DNA of 64,000 bases from a virus. Taxonomy: Duplodnaviria; Caudoviricetes. The notes beneath the pieces are model-generated. The model was not told where the DNA came from and did no database searches. It saw nothing but the letters and a program-made list of their open reading frames with translations. Shown here one piece after another: positions 17,847-28,488 of the stretch. The stretch covers positions 1 through 64,000 of the IMG/VR virus record IMGVR_UViG_3300035422_000096; one strand, written 5' to 3'. Positions within the stretch are counted from its first letter, which is position 1, and each line of letters opens with the position of its first letter. A program made the position numbers and the translations under genes.

Positions 17847-20579
17847 ATCCACGTTTTTAAATATATTGAAGATCCCGATTCCGGCAGTAATAGTTCCTAA
17901 AGAACCAAGTTTAGAGGTGACTTTATTAATAACAGACAATAATCCGTTAAATCCGTTAGTGATAGTAATAACAAAATCAGAATTAACGATATTTCCAACT
18001 GTATTCACCCAAGTATTATGTAGACGATTTAGCGAACCTTCCCAAGAGCTGGCAGTTTTTTCTGCTTCGGCAGCCATAGTTCCAGAACCTTCACTAAACT
18101 GTTGTAGCATATTTTCATACATATCCCACTGGCGAAGGATGGCATCTAACTGTGTCGATCTTAGTTTTCCACCAACAGAGTTAAGCAGATTAGTTCTTCT
18201 TAAATCATTTTTATCTAGTTTATTATATGCTTCTGAAAGCTCTTTCAAAACTTCCATAGCATCTCTTGTCTGTAGAATGCCATTTTTAGTTTCCTTTAAA
18301 GAAACCCCTAATGCATTACATGCCTTTTCATATTTTGTAAGGCCTTCTGCGTCAATGCCTTCTTCCTCATCAGATACCTGTCTGATGTTTAAAAGAATCG
18401 CTTTAAAAGCTCTTGCTACTTCTGATCCACTTTGTTGTGTGCTTGCTACCATAGTTCCTAATGCCGCTGTTAATTCATTAACATCTACACCTAAAGATGC
18501 TGCTGTAGAACCAACAATAGACATACCTTCTGATAATTCAGACATATTAACGGAATTATTATCACAAATCCAGTTTACCCCATCCAAAATTTTTGTTAAT
18601 TCTTTGGCTGAACCACCAAGTTTATATGCATTATCAGTTGCAATTACCATTTTGTTAGCAACTTCAGCAGTCATATCACCAGCACCCTGGGCGGCAGTAG
18701 AAACCTCAGCCATTGCCTCTGCATTCTTATAACCAGAACGAGACATATCTTGAACACCAGTCAGATAGTCTGTAACTGCTTTACCATATTTTGAAGCAAT
18801 ATTAAACCCTTTATCACCGATTTCTGATAAATCAGTTGGCGTCAATGAGTGATTTGTCTTACTAATTTCTGTCAATAATGTATTTACATTTTTAAGCTCA
18901 GTAATTGCATTTCTAGTCTTAGATATAAAAGTCATTACAAGTGTGCTTGCAGATAGCCATGTACTAAAACTGGATACCGCTTGCGTCATCTGGTCTTTCA
19001 AAGACGCACCAAGACGACCAAGCCCACGCATAGAATTTTCAGTCTTTTTAAGTATTCCATTAATCTCATTCCATCGGCTAAGATTAACACCTTTACTTAA
19101 TTCATCAGCATATCCTTGTAATGCTACTTTTGCATCATTGGTAATCCTTGTGTTTTTTGTTAGGAAACTATTTATCTTATTAATTAGTGATGTTGCCTTT
19201 TCATTTGAAACAGGCTGCATATATTTATCATACGCAATTTTTGCTTGTTCTACAGATGCTTTCACAGATTTAAATTCCTGTTCAAGTTTGTCTGCCTGAT
19301 TGACAAGCTCCTGACCAGACATTCCTTTCATACTATCAAAAGTAGATTGAAGAGAAGCAGTAATATTTTTTGCTTCCTGTGTTTCGACTCCATATTTTTC
19401 TAAAGAAGCAGTAACAGCATTTATACGGTTCTGGTACTCACTTGCACCATACCCATTATCCATTGAAAGTTGAATTTTATTGACTTGAGCCATAGATTTT
19501 GTTTCAGCCTTAACACGACTTAACTGTGTCTCTGCAACTCGAAGTTTGTCAATAAACGCATCAAGAGAAGATTTATCACCTACATTAGTAATAGCGGTAT
19601 CTAATTCTCTAAGAGTCTGAGTCATTTGTTCAAAACCAGTGGAATCAGCTTTTAATTTACCAAGTCTTTCTTGAGCTTGAGCAATGCCAGAAGAAATATC
19701 AACACTTTTCATTTGAGTGGCTACATTTTCCGCATTTCTAAATTGCGCCACCATTGACTCTAACGCAGTAATTTCTCTTTGCGCATTAGATACCATAGAT
19801 GAAAAAGTAGTGTTATCAGCATTTCTTACATTTTCAATAGCCTGAGAAACTTTATCATACTGTTGTGACAGAGCAGAAATATTATTAGAATCTTTGATAG
19901 GTCTTGAAGAATTAATATCAGAATATCCAGCTTTTAATTTATCAAGTTTTGTCTGCAAATTATCAGCTTTGGTAGATATAGCGTCAAATTGTTTAAGCAC
20001 ACCATTATCATTTATAGAGCCGCCAATATATTGAAAGCTTTTTCCTGTAACTTTCCCTTGTGAATCTAGCATATCTTTTAAACGATATGTTAAACTTTCT
20101 ACTTCGCCATTAGCTTTTTTAATATTTACAATAAATCCATCAAGAAAAGATGTACCATTAACCTGAGTCATCTGTTCTTTAACAGTCACTATTCCGTTTG
20201 CAATTTCCTGAAATTCTTTTTGAGCGACTTTGGCAACGTTATTTCGTTTGTCGGCAGAAAATGTAAACTCTGTTGTAAAGTTTCCTTTTTGAATAACAGA
20301 ATTAATTCCATTTTGAATTTGTTTACCAATTTGTTGTCCTGTTTGCTGTGCATTTCTAACAGCCTGATTTGTATCTATGTTAATGTTAGAAATAATAATT
20401 TGCTGATTAAGTAATTTACCAATATCGTTAGCTAATTTTTGAGCAGATTTTGGATCAAGTTCAACTTGAACTTTTAATTTATTAAGCTGACTTTGCAATT
20501 TATCAATATCAGCATTGACATTTCCTTTTGATTTCGCTTCATCTAATTTAGCCTGAAGCAATATTAGAAACTCATCCAT
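17847..20579 (-). CDS. Tail tape measure protein, exon 1 (N-terminal ~911 aa, TP901-type TMP core)
   Basis: TMP core motifs (ELTAALGTMVASTQQSGSEVARAFK, SVGGKLR, AEKTASSWEGSLNRL). RBS aaaggaggt before ATG 20579. The unspliced frame runs 11 codons into the intron and stops at 17811-17813. Confidence 0.9.
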
Positions 20580-20666
20580 ATATGTAATTACCTCCTTTGT
20601 TTTAGGCATAAAAATACCGCCAACAAAGGGCGGTAGTAATTTTCATAGTTATTTTCATAGAGTGTT

Positions 20667-21107
20667 CTATTTAACTGGAACACCACACTTTTTTAAATTT
20701 TTCTTCATTAAATATTTTATCCCTGGTTCCAATCCTAGTTCAGCCATTGCATCGTCCCAAAACTGTCCAAAATCATCATCATAAACCCCTCCGTGGCTAT
20801 GCCGATTTGCGTAAGTAACAACTTCCAAACCAATAGCACCACCTTTATACCTGTAAGAGAGGTAGTCTTTATCTATTTCAACTGTACATGATATAGTTCC
20901 ATTCGTATTAACAATATTGGTTTTTATTAAGCTATCTAAAAATTCCCAAGTTCTTTGATACATACGGGGATTGTATTCGTGATAATAATCTGTTATATGC
21001 TGCCGAATAACTTCAAATATTTCCTGCTGAGTCATTTTTAGTGATTGTTGTATTTGTGATTCAAGAATTTTCATTAAATCACTTGTTGATCTTATTACTG
21101 TAGCCAT
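20667..21107 (-). CDS. Conserved tail-assembly-region protein upstream of TMP
   Basis: 146 aa; position immediately before TMP. Confidence 0.55.
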   Translation of the reverse strand: MATVIRSTSDLMKILESQIQQSLKMTQQEIFEVIRQHITDYYHEYNPRMYQRTWEFLDSLIKTNIVNTNGTISCTVEIDKDYLSYRYKGGAIGLEVVTYANRHSHGGVYDDDFGQFWDDAMAELGLEPGIKYLMKKNLKKCGVPVK

Positions 21108-21193
21108 ATTTTATCCTTTACACAAAAATACTCCCTTACAGAACAGTAAGAGAGTAGTAGTAATTATCCCTATGAAAGAGATATTTAAACGTA

Positions 21194-21219
21194 AAAGAAC
21201 CTGCAAAAATGCAGGTTCT
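21194..21219 (-). terminator. Intrinsic terminator ending the lysis/RecU unit
   Basis: agaacctgca-N4-tgcaggttct followed by tttt on the minus strand. Confidence 0.7.
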
Positions 21220-21230
21220 CTTGTGCAAAC

Positions 21231-21440
21231 TTATACAGTTTTACGTTTTGATTTTTTTATAGGTATCAGCATCCATTTTATGCGTTCTGGAGAATGATTC
21301 TTAATGTGTTCCGTGACATATTTGTGAACATCTTCTAAATTCCCCAGGTTAACATCCTCTAGGACTCCGTACTCTAACGGATCTTGTTCATTAACACATA
21401 CTAATTTGAAATAATAATCATCCAAAATTTTCACCTCCAT
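21231..21440 (-). CDS. Hypothetical protein
   Basis: 69-aa ORF. Confidence 0.5.
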   Translation of the reverse strand: MEVKILDDYYFKLVCVNEQDPLEYGVLEDVNLGNLEDVHKYVTEHIKNHSPERIKWMLIPIKKSKRKTV

Positions 21441-21554
21441 ACTTAGTTTACATAATTGAGAATAACATATAGATTATCAATTATATAGAGGTAATTGTTG
21501 GAATTGTTATTTATTATTTTCTGAATGAATTATCTCAGCCAATTTACTAACAAA

Positions 21555-22046
21555 TCATAAATGTAACTCATTTATCATCTTATTTATGTTATATCTATAT
21601 CTTGTACGTTTCTTTTCGCTTTCGATACGGGTAGCATTAATTTTTTCTAAATCGTATATATTAAAAGATTTTTTGTTTAATAATTTCATCATATCTAAAT
21701 ATTTATTTATTGAAATAAAAAACGTATCATTTCTTTCATTTCTAAAATTTACAAGTAAACCAGCCACTAAGTGGTGTTTGCTTGCTTTTTTTAATCCTTT
21801 AATCTGATTATCTCTAATCATAGTCAGTGGAATAGAAGTTCCATTAGTTGTTTTACATTCCACTAAAAATAATGTTTTTGTAGTATCGTCTAGCAAAATA
21901 TAATCACAGATATTGCTACTTGTAAAACGTGTATTAGTTCCATTTGCAAATGAGGACGCATTATCTCTTAATCTATATATCCAACAATTATCTGGAACAC
22001 TTGACTTTATGTCATCTTCAAATTTTTTCCCTTCATTTTTAGCTAT
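21555..22046 (-). CDS. recU: RecU-like Holliday junction resolvase (likely ATA start at 22046)
   Basis: GKKFE, CDY, VECKTT, QIKGL motifs of PD-(D/E)xK RecU; the upstream part of the track ORF (22193) overlaps a terminator. Confidence 0.75.
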   Translation of the reverse strand: MAKNEGKKFEDDIKSSVPDNCWIYRLRDNASSFANGTNTRFTSSNICDYILLDDTTKTLFLVECKTTNGTSIPLTMIRDNQIKGLKKASKHHLVAGLLVNFRNERNDTFFISINKYLDMMKLLNKKSFNIYDLEKINATRIESEKKRTRYRYNINKMINELHL

Positions 22047-22067
22047 ATTCTCACATCCTTTATAACA

Positions 22068-22098
22068 AAAGAGCGATTTCATTTCGAGATCGCTCTTT
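22068..22098 (-). terminator. Intrinsic terminator
   Basis: aaagagcgat stem with a U-tract on the minus strand. Confidence 0.6.
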
Positions 22099-22107
22099 AA
22101 TGTATAT

Positions 22108-22680
22108 TTATATCTGAGTAACTTTTTCCCATGTATACATTTCTTTTTGTACAACACTATGAACAAAGCTATTTTTACCTTCGGCAGATTCATATTCCTC
22201 GATTAAATCTTCCAATGCTTCAAGTTCCATATCATTAATCTTGCTAAGTGAGTGATAGTATCTATATGACTGACTTATTTTATCTTTTAATTCAGCTCTG
22301 ATACGTTTATTGTTTTTTTGTTCACTTTCCTTAAACCGTTCATCTGTATTGCGTTGCATGTCATCTATTTTCTTTGAAATGTTAGATAGCGACTCAGATA
22401 GTTTATTTTGAGCATCTGTTAATTCTTTTTGAATAGCTAATGACTGTGCGCGATCATGAGTCCTGTTTTCCATTAAAACTTTAATATCTGACTGATTATC
22501 CTTGATAGTTTGCAGTAATTCCTCTTTATTCTTTTTTCTATTGTATAAATCATTAAACAATTCAGAAATTAATTTTCTATTTTTAATAATAATCCAACAT
22601 CCAACAATAAGAATCACGAATGCAACAAATATAATCATAGGATTGATATTTTCTAAGTATTTAGTTATTAATTCTTCCAT
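22108..22680 (-). CDS. Membrane-anchored coiled-coil protein of the lysis module
   Basis: N-terminal TM segment (IIFVAFVILIVGCWIII) followed by a coiled coil; next to the endolysin. Confidence 0.6.
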   Translation of the reverse strand: MEELITKYLENINPMIIFVAFVILIVGCWIIIKNRKLISELFNDLYNRKKNKEELLQTIKDNQSDIKVLMENRTHDRAQSLAIQKELTDAQNKLSESLSNISKKIDDMQRNTDERFKESEQKNNKRIRAELKDKISQSYRYYHSLSKINDMELEALEDLIEEYESAEGKNSFVHSVVQKEMYTWEKVTQI

Positions 22681-22701
22681 TTTCCATATAATTGCCTTTC
22701 C

Positions 22702-24258
22702 TTATAAAATGGTAATATACTTATTAGATATATATCCAACAAGGTTATCTTTTGTTCTTGCTTTGTACCAGCCATTATCAGCTTGATTCATAAGATGTAC
22801 TTCATCATTTGAATTTAATACTGAAACTATATTATCTATTTTCACCTTTGGATCTTTCCGCATATTTAATTTTGTGCAATTAAATACTTTTCCCTTAGCA
22901 GCAATGACATACTCTCCAGAAATATATCCTTTATCTGTTCTATACCAATTATTAGAAGTCTTGGCAATTAGTTGGACTAATTCACCCTTCTTATAAGAAC
23001 CTATTTTAGCTGACGAAGAATTTGGAGCGGAACGAATATTAAGATTCCCTGATTTGGTATTTATTTTTCCAAGGATGGCAACAAGAGATTCAGAAATTGT
23101 TGGCGTAGGATTTGTTGTAACAGATGATTTCACATCTTCATAGACAACACTTAAATCAACACCTCCATTAATACCTGAAACTTGTCCAGACGAAGTGTAC
23201 TGCCATGCATAAATATCACTTATTCCTGTCATTAATTTGGGGTTATATTGTTCATTAGGATTGATAGATATTGTCATCTTATTATATCCATTATAATACC
23301 TAGCCAGCCACCATTTGTCACATTTAATTTGTGAAATATATGGTTTTATATATGGATTATAGAATGATGGGCCCGTATATATTCCAAAATCATAACCGGC
23401 AGATACGATAACATCCCTATATGCATTAATGATGTCTTTTAACAATGAACCAAGTCCTTGTTGACATTTATCCTCCAAATCAAGCCATACTGTACATTTT
23501 CGACCATTTAAAATAGATAAAACTTTTTTAGCATCTGTCTTTGCTTTTGCAACTGTAGTGGCGTATGAGTAATTGTATACACCGTCTACTATAACGCCAA
23601 CGGATTTACAGCCATTCCAATTCTTCTCAAATTTAGTGTCTGGATTTAAATCTTTACGAATTACTTTTAAAATAGCATAGTTTACTCCAGCGGATTTTAC
23701 AAGATTCCAATTAATATCTCCTTGATAAGAACTTACATCAACACATTTAATAATTGATGATGTATTAAGAGTGGGGGCAGAAGAGTAGTCAATCCAGTTT
23801 GGGATGCCATACCATTTCCAGCTACCAGTTTCTAATTTACTTCTGACACAATTATCTTTGCTGGATTTCATTTCAACAACATATCCATTACCAAGATAAA
23901 ACCCAATGTGATTAATGGACGATGTAGATTTTCCTTTAAATACTAAACAGACCTTATCCTTAGCAATAGAAGATATGCTCCCTTTTGTGCCACATTTATT
24001 GTAATATCCTTGCGCTGTAGTATCAAAACCAGACATAGGACACATAGCACCTGAACAATCAGCACCTATACGTCCTACACCTTCTTTTAGTTTATTATCG
24101 TAATACTGTCTATTATATGTAGAAGAGCCATATGTTTTGAAAAGCCTATCACATAAATCCTTCGTAATTATTTCACCATTTGCTCCCCATAAATAGATTG
24201 CCTTATTAGTATAAAGTTTCTCAAAATAAGAAACCACTTCTTTTACGTTTTTGGACAT
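22702..24258 (-). CDS. Modular endolysin: NlpC/P60-like peptidase, GH25 muramidase, two SH3b domains
   Basis: ADCSG...HIGFY; VDVSSYQG, WLDLED, WQYTSSG; LNIRSAP / LNMRKDP repeats. Confidence 0.9.
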   Translation of the reverse strand: MSKNVKEVVSYFEKLYTNKAIYLWGANGEIITKDLCDRLFKTYGSSTYNRQYYDNKLKEGVGRIGADCSGAMCPMSGFDTTAQGYYNKCGTKGSISSIAKDKVCLVFKGKSTSSINHIGFYLGNGYVVEMKSSKDNCVRSKLETGSWKWYGIPNWIDYSSAPTLNTSSIIKCVDVSSYQGDINWNLVKSAGVNYAILKVIRKDLNPDTKFEKNWNGCKSVGVIVDGVYNYSYATTVAKAKTDAKKVLSILNGRKCTVWLDLEDKCQQGLGSLLKDIINAYRDVIVSAGYDFGIYTGPSFYNPYIKPYISQIKCDKWWLARYYNGYNKMTISINPNEQYNPKLMTGISDIYAWQYTSSGQVSGINGGVDLSVVYEDVKSSVTTNPTPTISESLVAILGKINTKSGNLNIRSAPNSSSAKIGSYKKGELVQLIAKTSNNWYRTDKGYISGEYVIAAKGKVFNCTKLNMRKDPKVKIDNIVSVLNSNDEVHLMNQADNGWYKARTKDNLVGYISNKYITIL

Positions 24259-24276
24259 TAAATTATCACACTCCCA

Positions 24277-24678
24277 CTATTTCTTAGCCATATTTACAGA
24301 AGACTCAATTTTAATCCTCAACCATTTGTCAAACGAACCGTATAGACCTTCGATTACTTTCTTTGCTTCATCCGAAATCATATTCATAGCTTCTACATAA
24401 GCCCTATTAAATGCTTCTTCCTGAGCTTCTTTATCAAATTTTCCACTGGACTTCAGAGAATCAACATATATTTGATTTATGTAAAGGACTGCATCCATTA
24501 CATCTGATAACGCACTTTCGACAATTTTGCTTAAGTCTTCATTGTGTGTTGCATCCATAATTATATTACTTTCTTTGATTTTTGCTTTGATAAAGGCAAC
24601 GACATATCTAGCAACAACAGGTAAAATAATTGTCAAAACAATATATAAAATATAGTTAAGCATCTCCGTAAATTCCAT
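24277..24678 (-). CDS. Holin-like protein
   Basis: N-terminal TM segment, LL-H-like layout, directly upstream of the endolysin. Confidence 0.65.
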   Translation of the reverse strand: MEFTEMLNYILYIVLTIILPVVARYVVAFIKAKIKESNIIMDATHNEDLSKIVESALSDVMDAVLYINQIYVDSLKSSGKFDKEAQEEAFNRAYVEAMNMISDEAKKVIEGLYGSFDKWLRIKIESSVNMAKK

Positions 24679-24690
24679 AAGTAAATCCTC

Positions 24691-25080
24691 CTAACCGACC
24701 GCATCTGGATCATTTTCAATAATATTTTCTGTTACATTATTTTCAATTTGCTGGTATTTTGTATCAAATATTTTAATTCCAGCAAGCCCTAACAATTCTG
24801 TGCCAAAGAACCCATACACACAAGTTGTAAGAGTAGGGCTTAATTCTACTAAGGTATATTTTTGCAATAAAATAGCCGCAATTGTATAGGATATAATTGC
24901 GACAATGGATAGTAATACTATTAGTTTGTTGAATTTTGGTTTTATATGAAATGGAATGTATGATTTCAAAATCTTATATTTCAGATTTCGTTCTTCACAT
25001 TTCATTTTAGCAATTTGAAGTTTTCGCTCTAATTCACGCATAGTCCGTTCATGCGATTTTTGTTTTGTTCTAAGTATCAT
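24691..25080 (-). CDS. Two-TM membrane protein of the lysis module
   Basis: Two hydrophobic helices; FFGTELLGLAGIK motif. Confidence 0.6.
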   Translation of the reverse strand: MILRTKQKSHERTMRELERKLQIAKMKCEERNLKYKILKSYIPFHIKPKFNKLIVLLSIVAIISYTIAAILLQKYTLVELSPTLTTCVYGFFGTELLGLAGIKIFDTKYQQIENNVTENIIENDPDAVG

Positions 25081-25108
25081 TTTTTAATCACCACTTGAAA
25101 TTGTTGAT

Positions 25109-25363
25109 TCAAAGAGTTTCCCATTTTGTTTTATCATCAGATAATTTGCATAATACATATTTAATAGAACATTTGATGTCATTATCATTCATTAGCCTTG
25201 TATAACAGTCACAATCTTTATTTTCGGAATTTATCTTTTTATCTGATTCTGACTGTAATCTATGTTGAGCCAATAATAGCAATGCGTCTCCCAATGTTCC
25301 ATTAAAATCATCTGGTAGGTTAAAATGACACTCTTGAATACTTAATAGTTTATTTGATTTCAT
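25109..25363 (-). CDS. Hypothetical protein
   Basis: 84-aa ORF. Confidence 0.5.
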   Translation of the reverse strand: MKSNKLLSIQECHFNLPDDFNGTLGDALLLLAQHRLQSESDKKINSENKDCDCYTRLMNDNDIKCSIKYVLCKLSDDKTKWETL

Positions 25364-25366
25364 CTT

Positions 25367-26488
25367 TTATTCCTTATTAAAATTCCTTAGACTTTTAACA
25401 CATTGTTTCAATGTTTCACATACATAATCTAATTCTTCTTGAGATTCTTTTCCAAATGTCATCCTAATACACGAATGAATATCTGATTCATCCATATCAA
25501 TAGCAGATAGGGTAGTAGAAGGTGTAAGCGAATTACTGTTACAAGCTGAACCTGTGCTTACTTGGATATTATTCACATCCAGCATAATCATAAGAGACTC
25601 ACCCTCAATGCCTTTAAAACACATATACAGATTGTGTGGTAGTCTATTTTCTGATTCTATTGATATGCCGACCAAGTAACTATCTGGAATATTTTTTACT
25701 ATGTAATCATACACATAATCTCTGTTGGCTGATGAGATAGAAGAGTAATTATATTCTTCAACAGCTTTTCCTAATGACGCAATACCCAAAACATTTTCCG
25801 TGCCACCGAAAATCCCCTTTTCCTGAGAACCATAAACCAAAGGCTCAAGAATAATATCTTTTTTCTTATATAAAACTCCACAACCTTTTAAACCTCCTAA
25901 TTTATGTGCAGAAAATCCAAGCATATCAACATCCAACTTTTTAACATCAATTGGAATCGTTGGTATACTGCCAGTACAATCCCAATAAACAATACCATTA
26001 TGTAAATGTGTAATCTTGATAATCTGTTCTATATCTTGAATGGTTCCTATTTCAGAATTGGCATGATCTATTACAACTAATGGTGTATTGATACAAACAT
26101 CTAAATACTCTTCTAAATCGTGAATATCAATCAAACCTTCTTTATTCACTTTCAATGGAATACTATTATGATAAGACTCTACACATTTCATGATGGATTT
26201 GTGTGCAATAGGAGAGTAGAAGATTGTACAATCATTCTTCTGATAGTAACCCTTAATCGCCAAAGTATTGCTTGCCGATCCGCCACTGGTAAAATAAATA
26301 TCTTTTGAATCTGCATTGATAAATTCGGCAACTGACTGCCGTGCCTGTGATATAATCTGCTTGGGCTTCTGCCCCTGTGAATGTAGACTTGATGGGTTTC
26401 CCCACTCATCCAATATAGATATAAGATATTCTTTTACTGAATCTGTTAATGGTGTCGTTGCCGCATTATCAAGGTAAATATTTTTCAT
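25367..26488 (-). CDS. iscS: Cysteine desulfurase (IscS/NifS-like, PLP-dependent)
   Basis: YLDNAATT, SAHKLGG (PLP lysine), STGSAC (catalytic Cys). Confidence 0.9.
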   Translation of the reverse strand: MKNIYLDNAATTPLTDSVKEYLISILDEWGNPSSLHSQGQKPKQIISQARQSVAEFINADSKDIYFTSGGSASNTLAIKGYYQKNDCTIFYSPIAHKSIMKCVESYHNSIPLKVNKEGLIDIHDLEEYLDVCINTPLVVIDHANSEIGTIQDIEQIIKITHLHNGIVYWDCTGSIPTIPIDVKKLDVDMLGFSAHKLGGLKGCGVLYKKKDIILEPLVYGSQEKGIFGGTENVLGIASLGKAVEEYNYSSISSANRDYVYDYIVKNIPDSYLVGISIESENRLPHNLYMCFKGIEGESLMIMLDVNNIQVSTGSACNSNSLTPSTTLSAIDMDESDIHSCIRMTFGKESQEELDYVCETLKQCVKSLRNFNKE

Positions 26489-27786
26489 GCAAGAGTCTCC
26501 TTATAAATACTGTTATAATATTCTAATTTTGCTTTCTTGGTTTTGAATTTTCGTTCAAATTCTTTATCATAAATACAAATTCCTAAAATAGAACCTTTTT
26601 GTAAATATGACTGTATTGTTGTTCTTGCCATGTGAAATACTTTACCAATATTTGTTGTAGATAATTCTGGGTGGTTATTTTTGTATTCACAAATAGTTGA
26701 AATAAAACTTTTTGATGTAAATTTATCACATTCCTGCCAATTTATTTCATGAGGATTTTTATGTAATAATTCTAATAAACCACTATTGATGATAGAATTT
26801 TTTATATATGTTAATTCGGATTTCTTACAATCAATTATAATATAATTATCTATACCATTTTGTTTTGCTAATTTTTCTTTTAAAATATCATTTTCCTTAC
26901 AATAGCCATAAAATTCATTGGTATTTTTGTCAAAATAATGTTGTCTTCCATGAACTTCAATAATTGCATTTGTATTTGTCAAATAAAAATCATATTTATA
27001 CTTTTTACACCAATTAAACGTAGCACAAGACAACTGGGTTATAAAGTCAATTCCTAATGAATTTAATAGAGCATATATGAATTTTTCTCCATATGAAATC
27101 CCATCCCCACATTTTTTACAAGAAAAGCCGTAACTTGATAGTTTGTCTGTTGAATATAATTGTTCATTCCGACAATTAGGACATACCATTAAAAATTTTC
27201 TTTTGCTACAAGATGTTGCTTTATGTGTATCTTCAATATGCTTGAAATAAGGAATAAATTCTGGATTACTCGTATATACATCGTTTATAAATGGAACAAT
27301 AGTAGTTTTGGCACAACAAGAACAGCCAATCCCTTTTAATAAATGTCCTTCATCAATTGACCCATCAGACCAATTACAGATGTTACAATGATAATTATAA
27401 AGTTTTCTTATAACACCATTTGAATCTGGAATCATTTTTCTCCTTGTTATTTTTATATTTCTATTATTGTCAATAAATTCTGTGCCAATTTGAACCTTAA
27501 AATCTTTATTTCTCAATCCGATCAATGTTCTTATATTATTTGATAAAATATAAGATGTTGGTATGATTTTATCTTCATTGTTATAATTTACACATACTGT
27601 TTGTTTATCTTTGTCATATTCTTTAATGGTAAAATATCCACTTATTCCTTCACAATAAAAGTTACATTTACACCCATAAGCATTTTTCCAATCATTTACT
27701 AATTTTCCGCAAGTTCCAATTCCTTTGTATTTTGGAATTTCTCTTAAATCTATCCAATTTTCCATTATAAAAAATCTCCTAATCAC
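26485..27786 (-). CDS. Free-standing putative homing endonuclease (zinc ribbons plus DUF559/Vsr-like nuclease)
   Basis: CNIC, CSCC, CPNC, CKKC; SYGEK...YDFY...IIEVHGRQHY. Confidence 0.65.
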   Translation of the reverse strand: MIRRFFIMENWIDLREIPKYKGIGTCGKLVNDWKNAYGCKCNFYCEGISGYFTIKEYDKDKQTVCVNYNNEDKIIPTSYILSNNIRTLIGLRNKDFKVQIGTEFIDNNRNIKITRRKMIPDSNGVIRKLYNYHCNICNWSDGSIDEGHLLKGIGCSCCAKTTIVPFINDVYTSNPEFIPYFKHIEDTHKATSCSKRKFLMVCPNCRNEQLYSTDKLSSYGFSCKKCGDGISYGEKFIYALLNSLGIDFITQLSCATFNWCKKYKYDFYLTNTNAIIEVHGRQHYFDKNTNEFYGYCKENDILKEKLAKQNGIDNYIIIDCKKSELTYIKNSIINSGLLELLHKNPHEINWQECDKFTSKSFISTICEYKNNHPELSTTNIGKVFHMARTTIQSYLQKGSILGICIYDKEFERKFKTKKAKLEYYNSIYKETLA

Positions 27787-27799
27787 AATAAAAATAGTA

Positions 27800-28006
27800 T
27801 TAAATTAATTCTCGCTTGCACCATAAATCGTAAGCAGCTTTACTTTTTTCTCTATCAAATACAAAAACTAATGTATCTCGTGACCAAAATAAATCAACAA
27901 GTGGAATGTTATTCTTTACATAAAGCCCAGCTTGCCGAGTATTTACAATTCTTACGGTGTCTTCAATCTCATATTCTTTATTAAATATTTCGCTATATTC
28001 TTTGAT
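27800..28006 (-). CDS. Small conserved phage protein (68 aa, ATC start), missed by the ORF track
   Basis: RBS aggggatg; frame IKEYSEIFNKEY...AAYDLWCKRELI*. Confidence 0.55.
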   Translation of the reverse strand: MKEYSEIFNKEYEIEDTVRIVNTRQAGLYVKNNIPLVDLFWSRDTLVFVFDREKSKAAYDLWCKRELI

Positions 28007-28090
28007 TTTCTATCATCCCCTAACGTAAAAAATAGGGTACACAGATAACTAATGAATAGTGTCTGTATACCCTACATACTTTTAAAATCA

Positions 28091-28438
28091 CTATTCACTA
28101 ATTCTATTTTCTTCATTTTCTACTTCTGTATATTCTTTTCTTTTTCTTGAAGAGATTTTAACTTTTACTGATGTTTCCATAATTTCTTTTATAACAGATT
28201 TTATTTCTGGATTAAAACTTTCCAATCCTGTTAAATTACACTTCTGTAATTCTTCTTTTGCCAATTCTTTGCTCTTAGAAATCGTATAGCTGTGAATTGC
28301 TAAATAGATCTTATAGTGTTCAATACTGTCTACTATAGATCTCCAAGGTTTAAAAACTTTTTGATTTTGACAAGAATTGCATACATGATATCCTTGACCA
28401 CAAATTTTGCAGTAGGCATTAATATTATTTTCAGCCAT
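28091..28438 (-). CDS. Tail-module protein with N-terminal Cys motif (SPbeta yomT-like position)
   Basis: CKICGQGYHVCNSC; follows the major tail protein. Confidence 0.55.
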   Translation of the reverse strand: MAENNINAYCKICGQGYHVCNSCQNQKVFKPWRSIVDSIEHYKIYLAIHSYTISKSKELAKEELQKCNLTGLESFNPEIKSVIKEIMETSVKVKISSRKRKEYTEVENEENRISE

Positions 28439-28488
28439 AATTCACCTCGTATAATAGGCAGTTATATTTCAAACTGCCTATAAATTGC

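Noticed and set aside
17715-17900. 61-aa + strand ORF over the 5' splice site
   Set aside because: Antisense to intron P1-P2; no RBS; the sequence is explained by RNA structure
17866-18732. 288-aa + strand ORF, and similar antisense ORFs over TMP, scaffold, capsid and terminase (e.g. 3847-4416, 7084-7671, 34662-35111)
   Set aside because: Shadow frames of long minus-strand genes; Ser/Phe-rich, no RBS, no motifs
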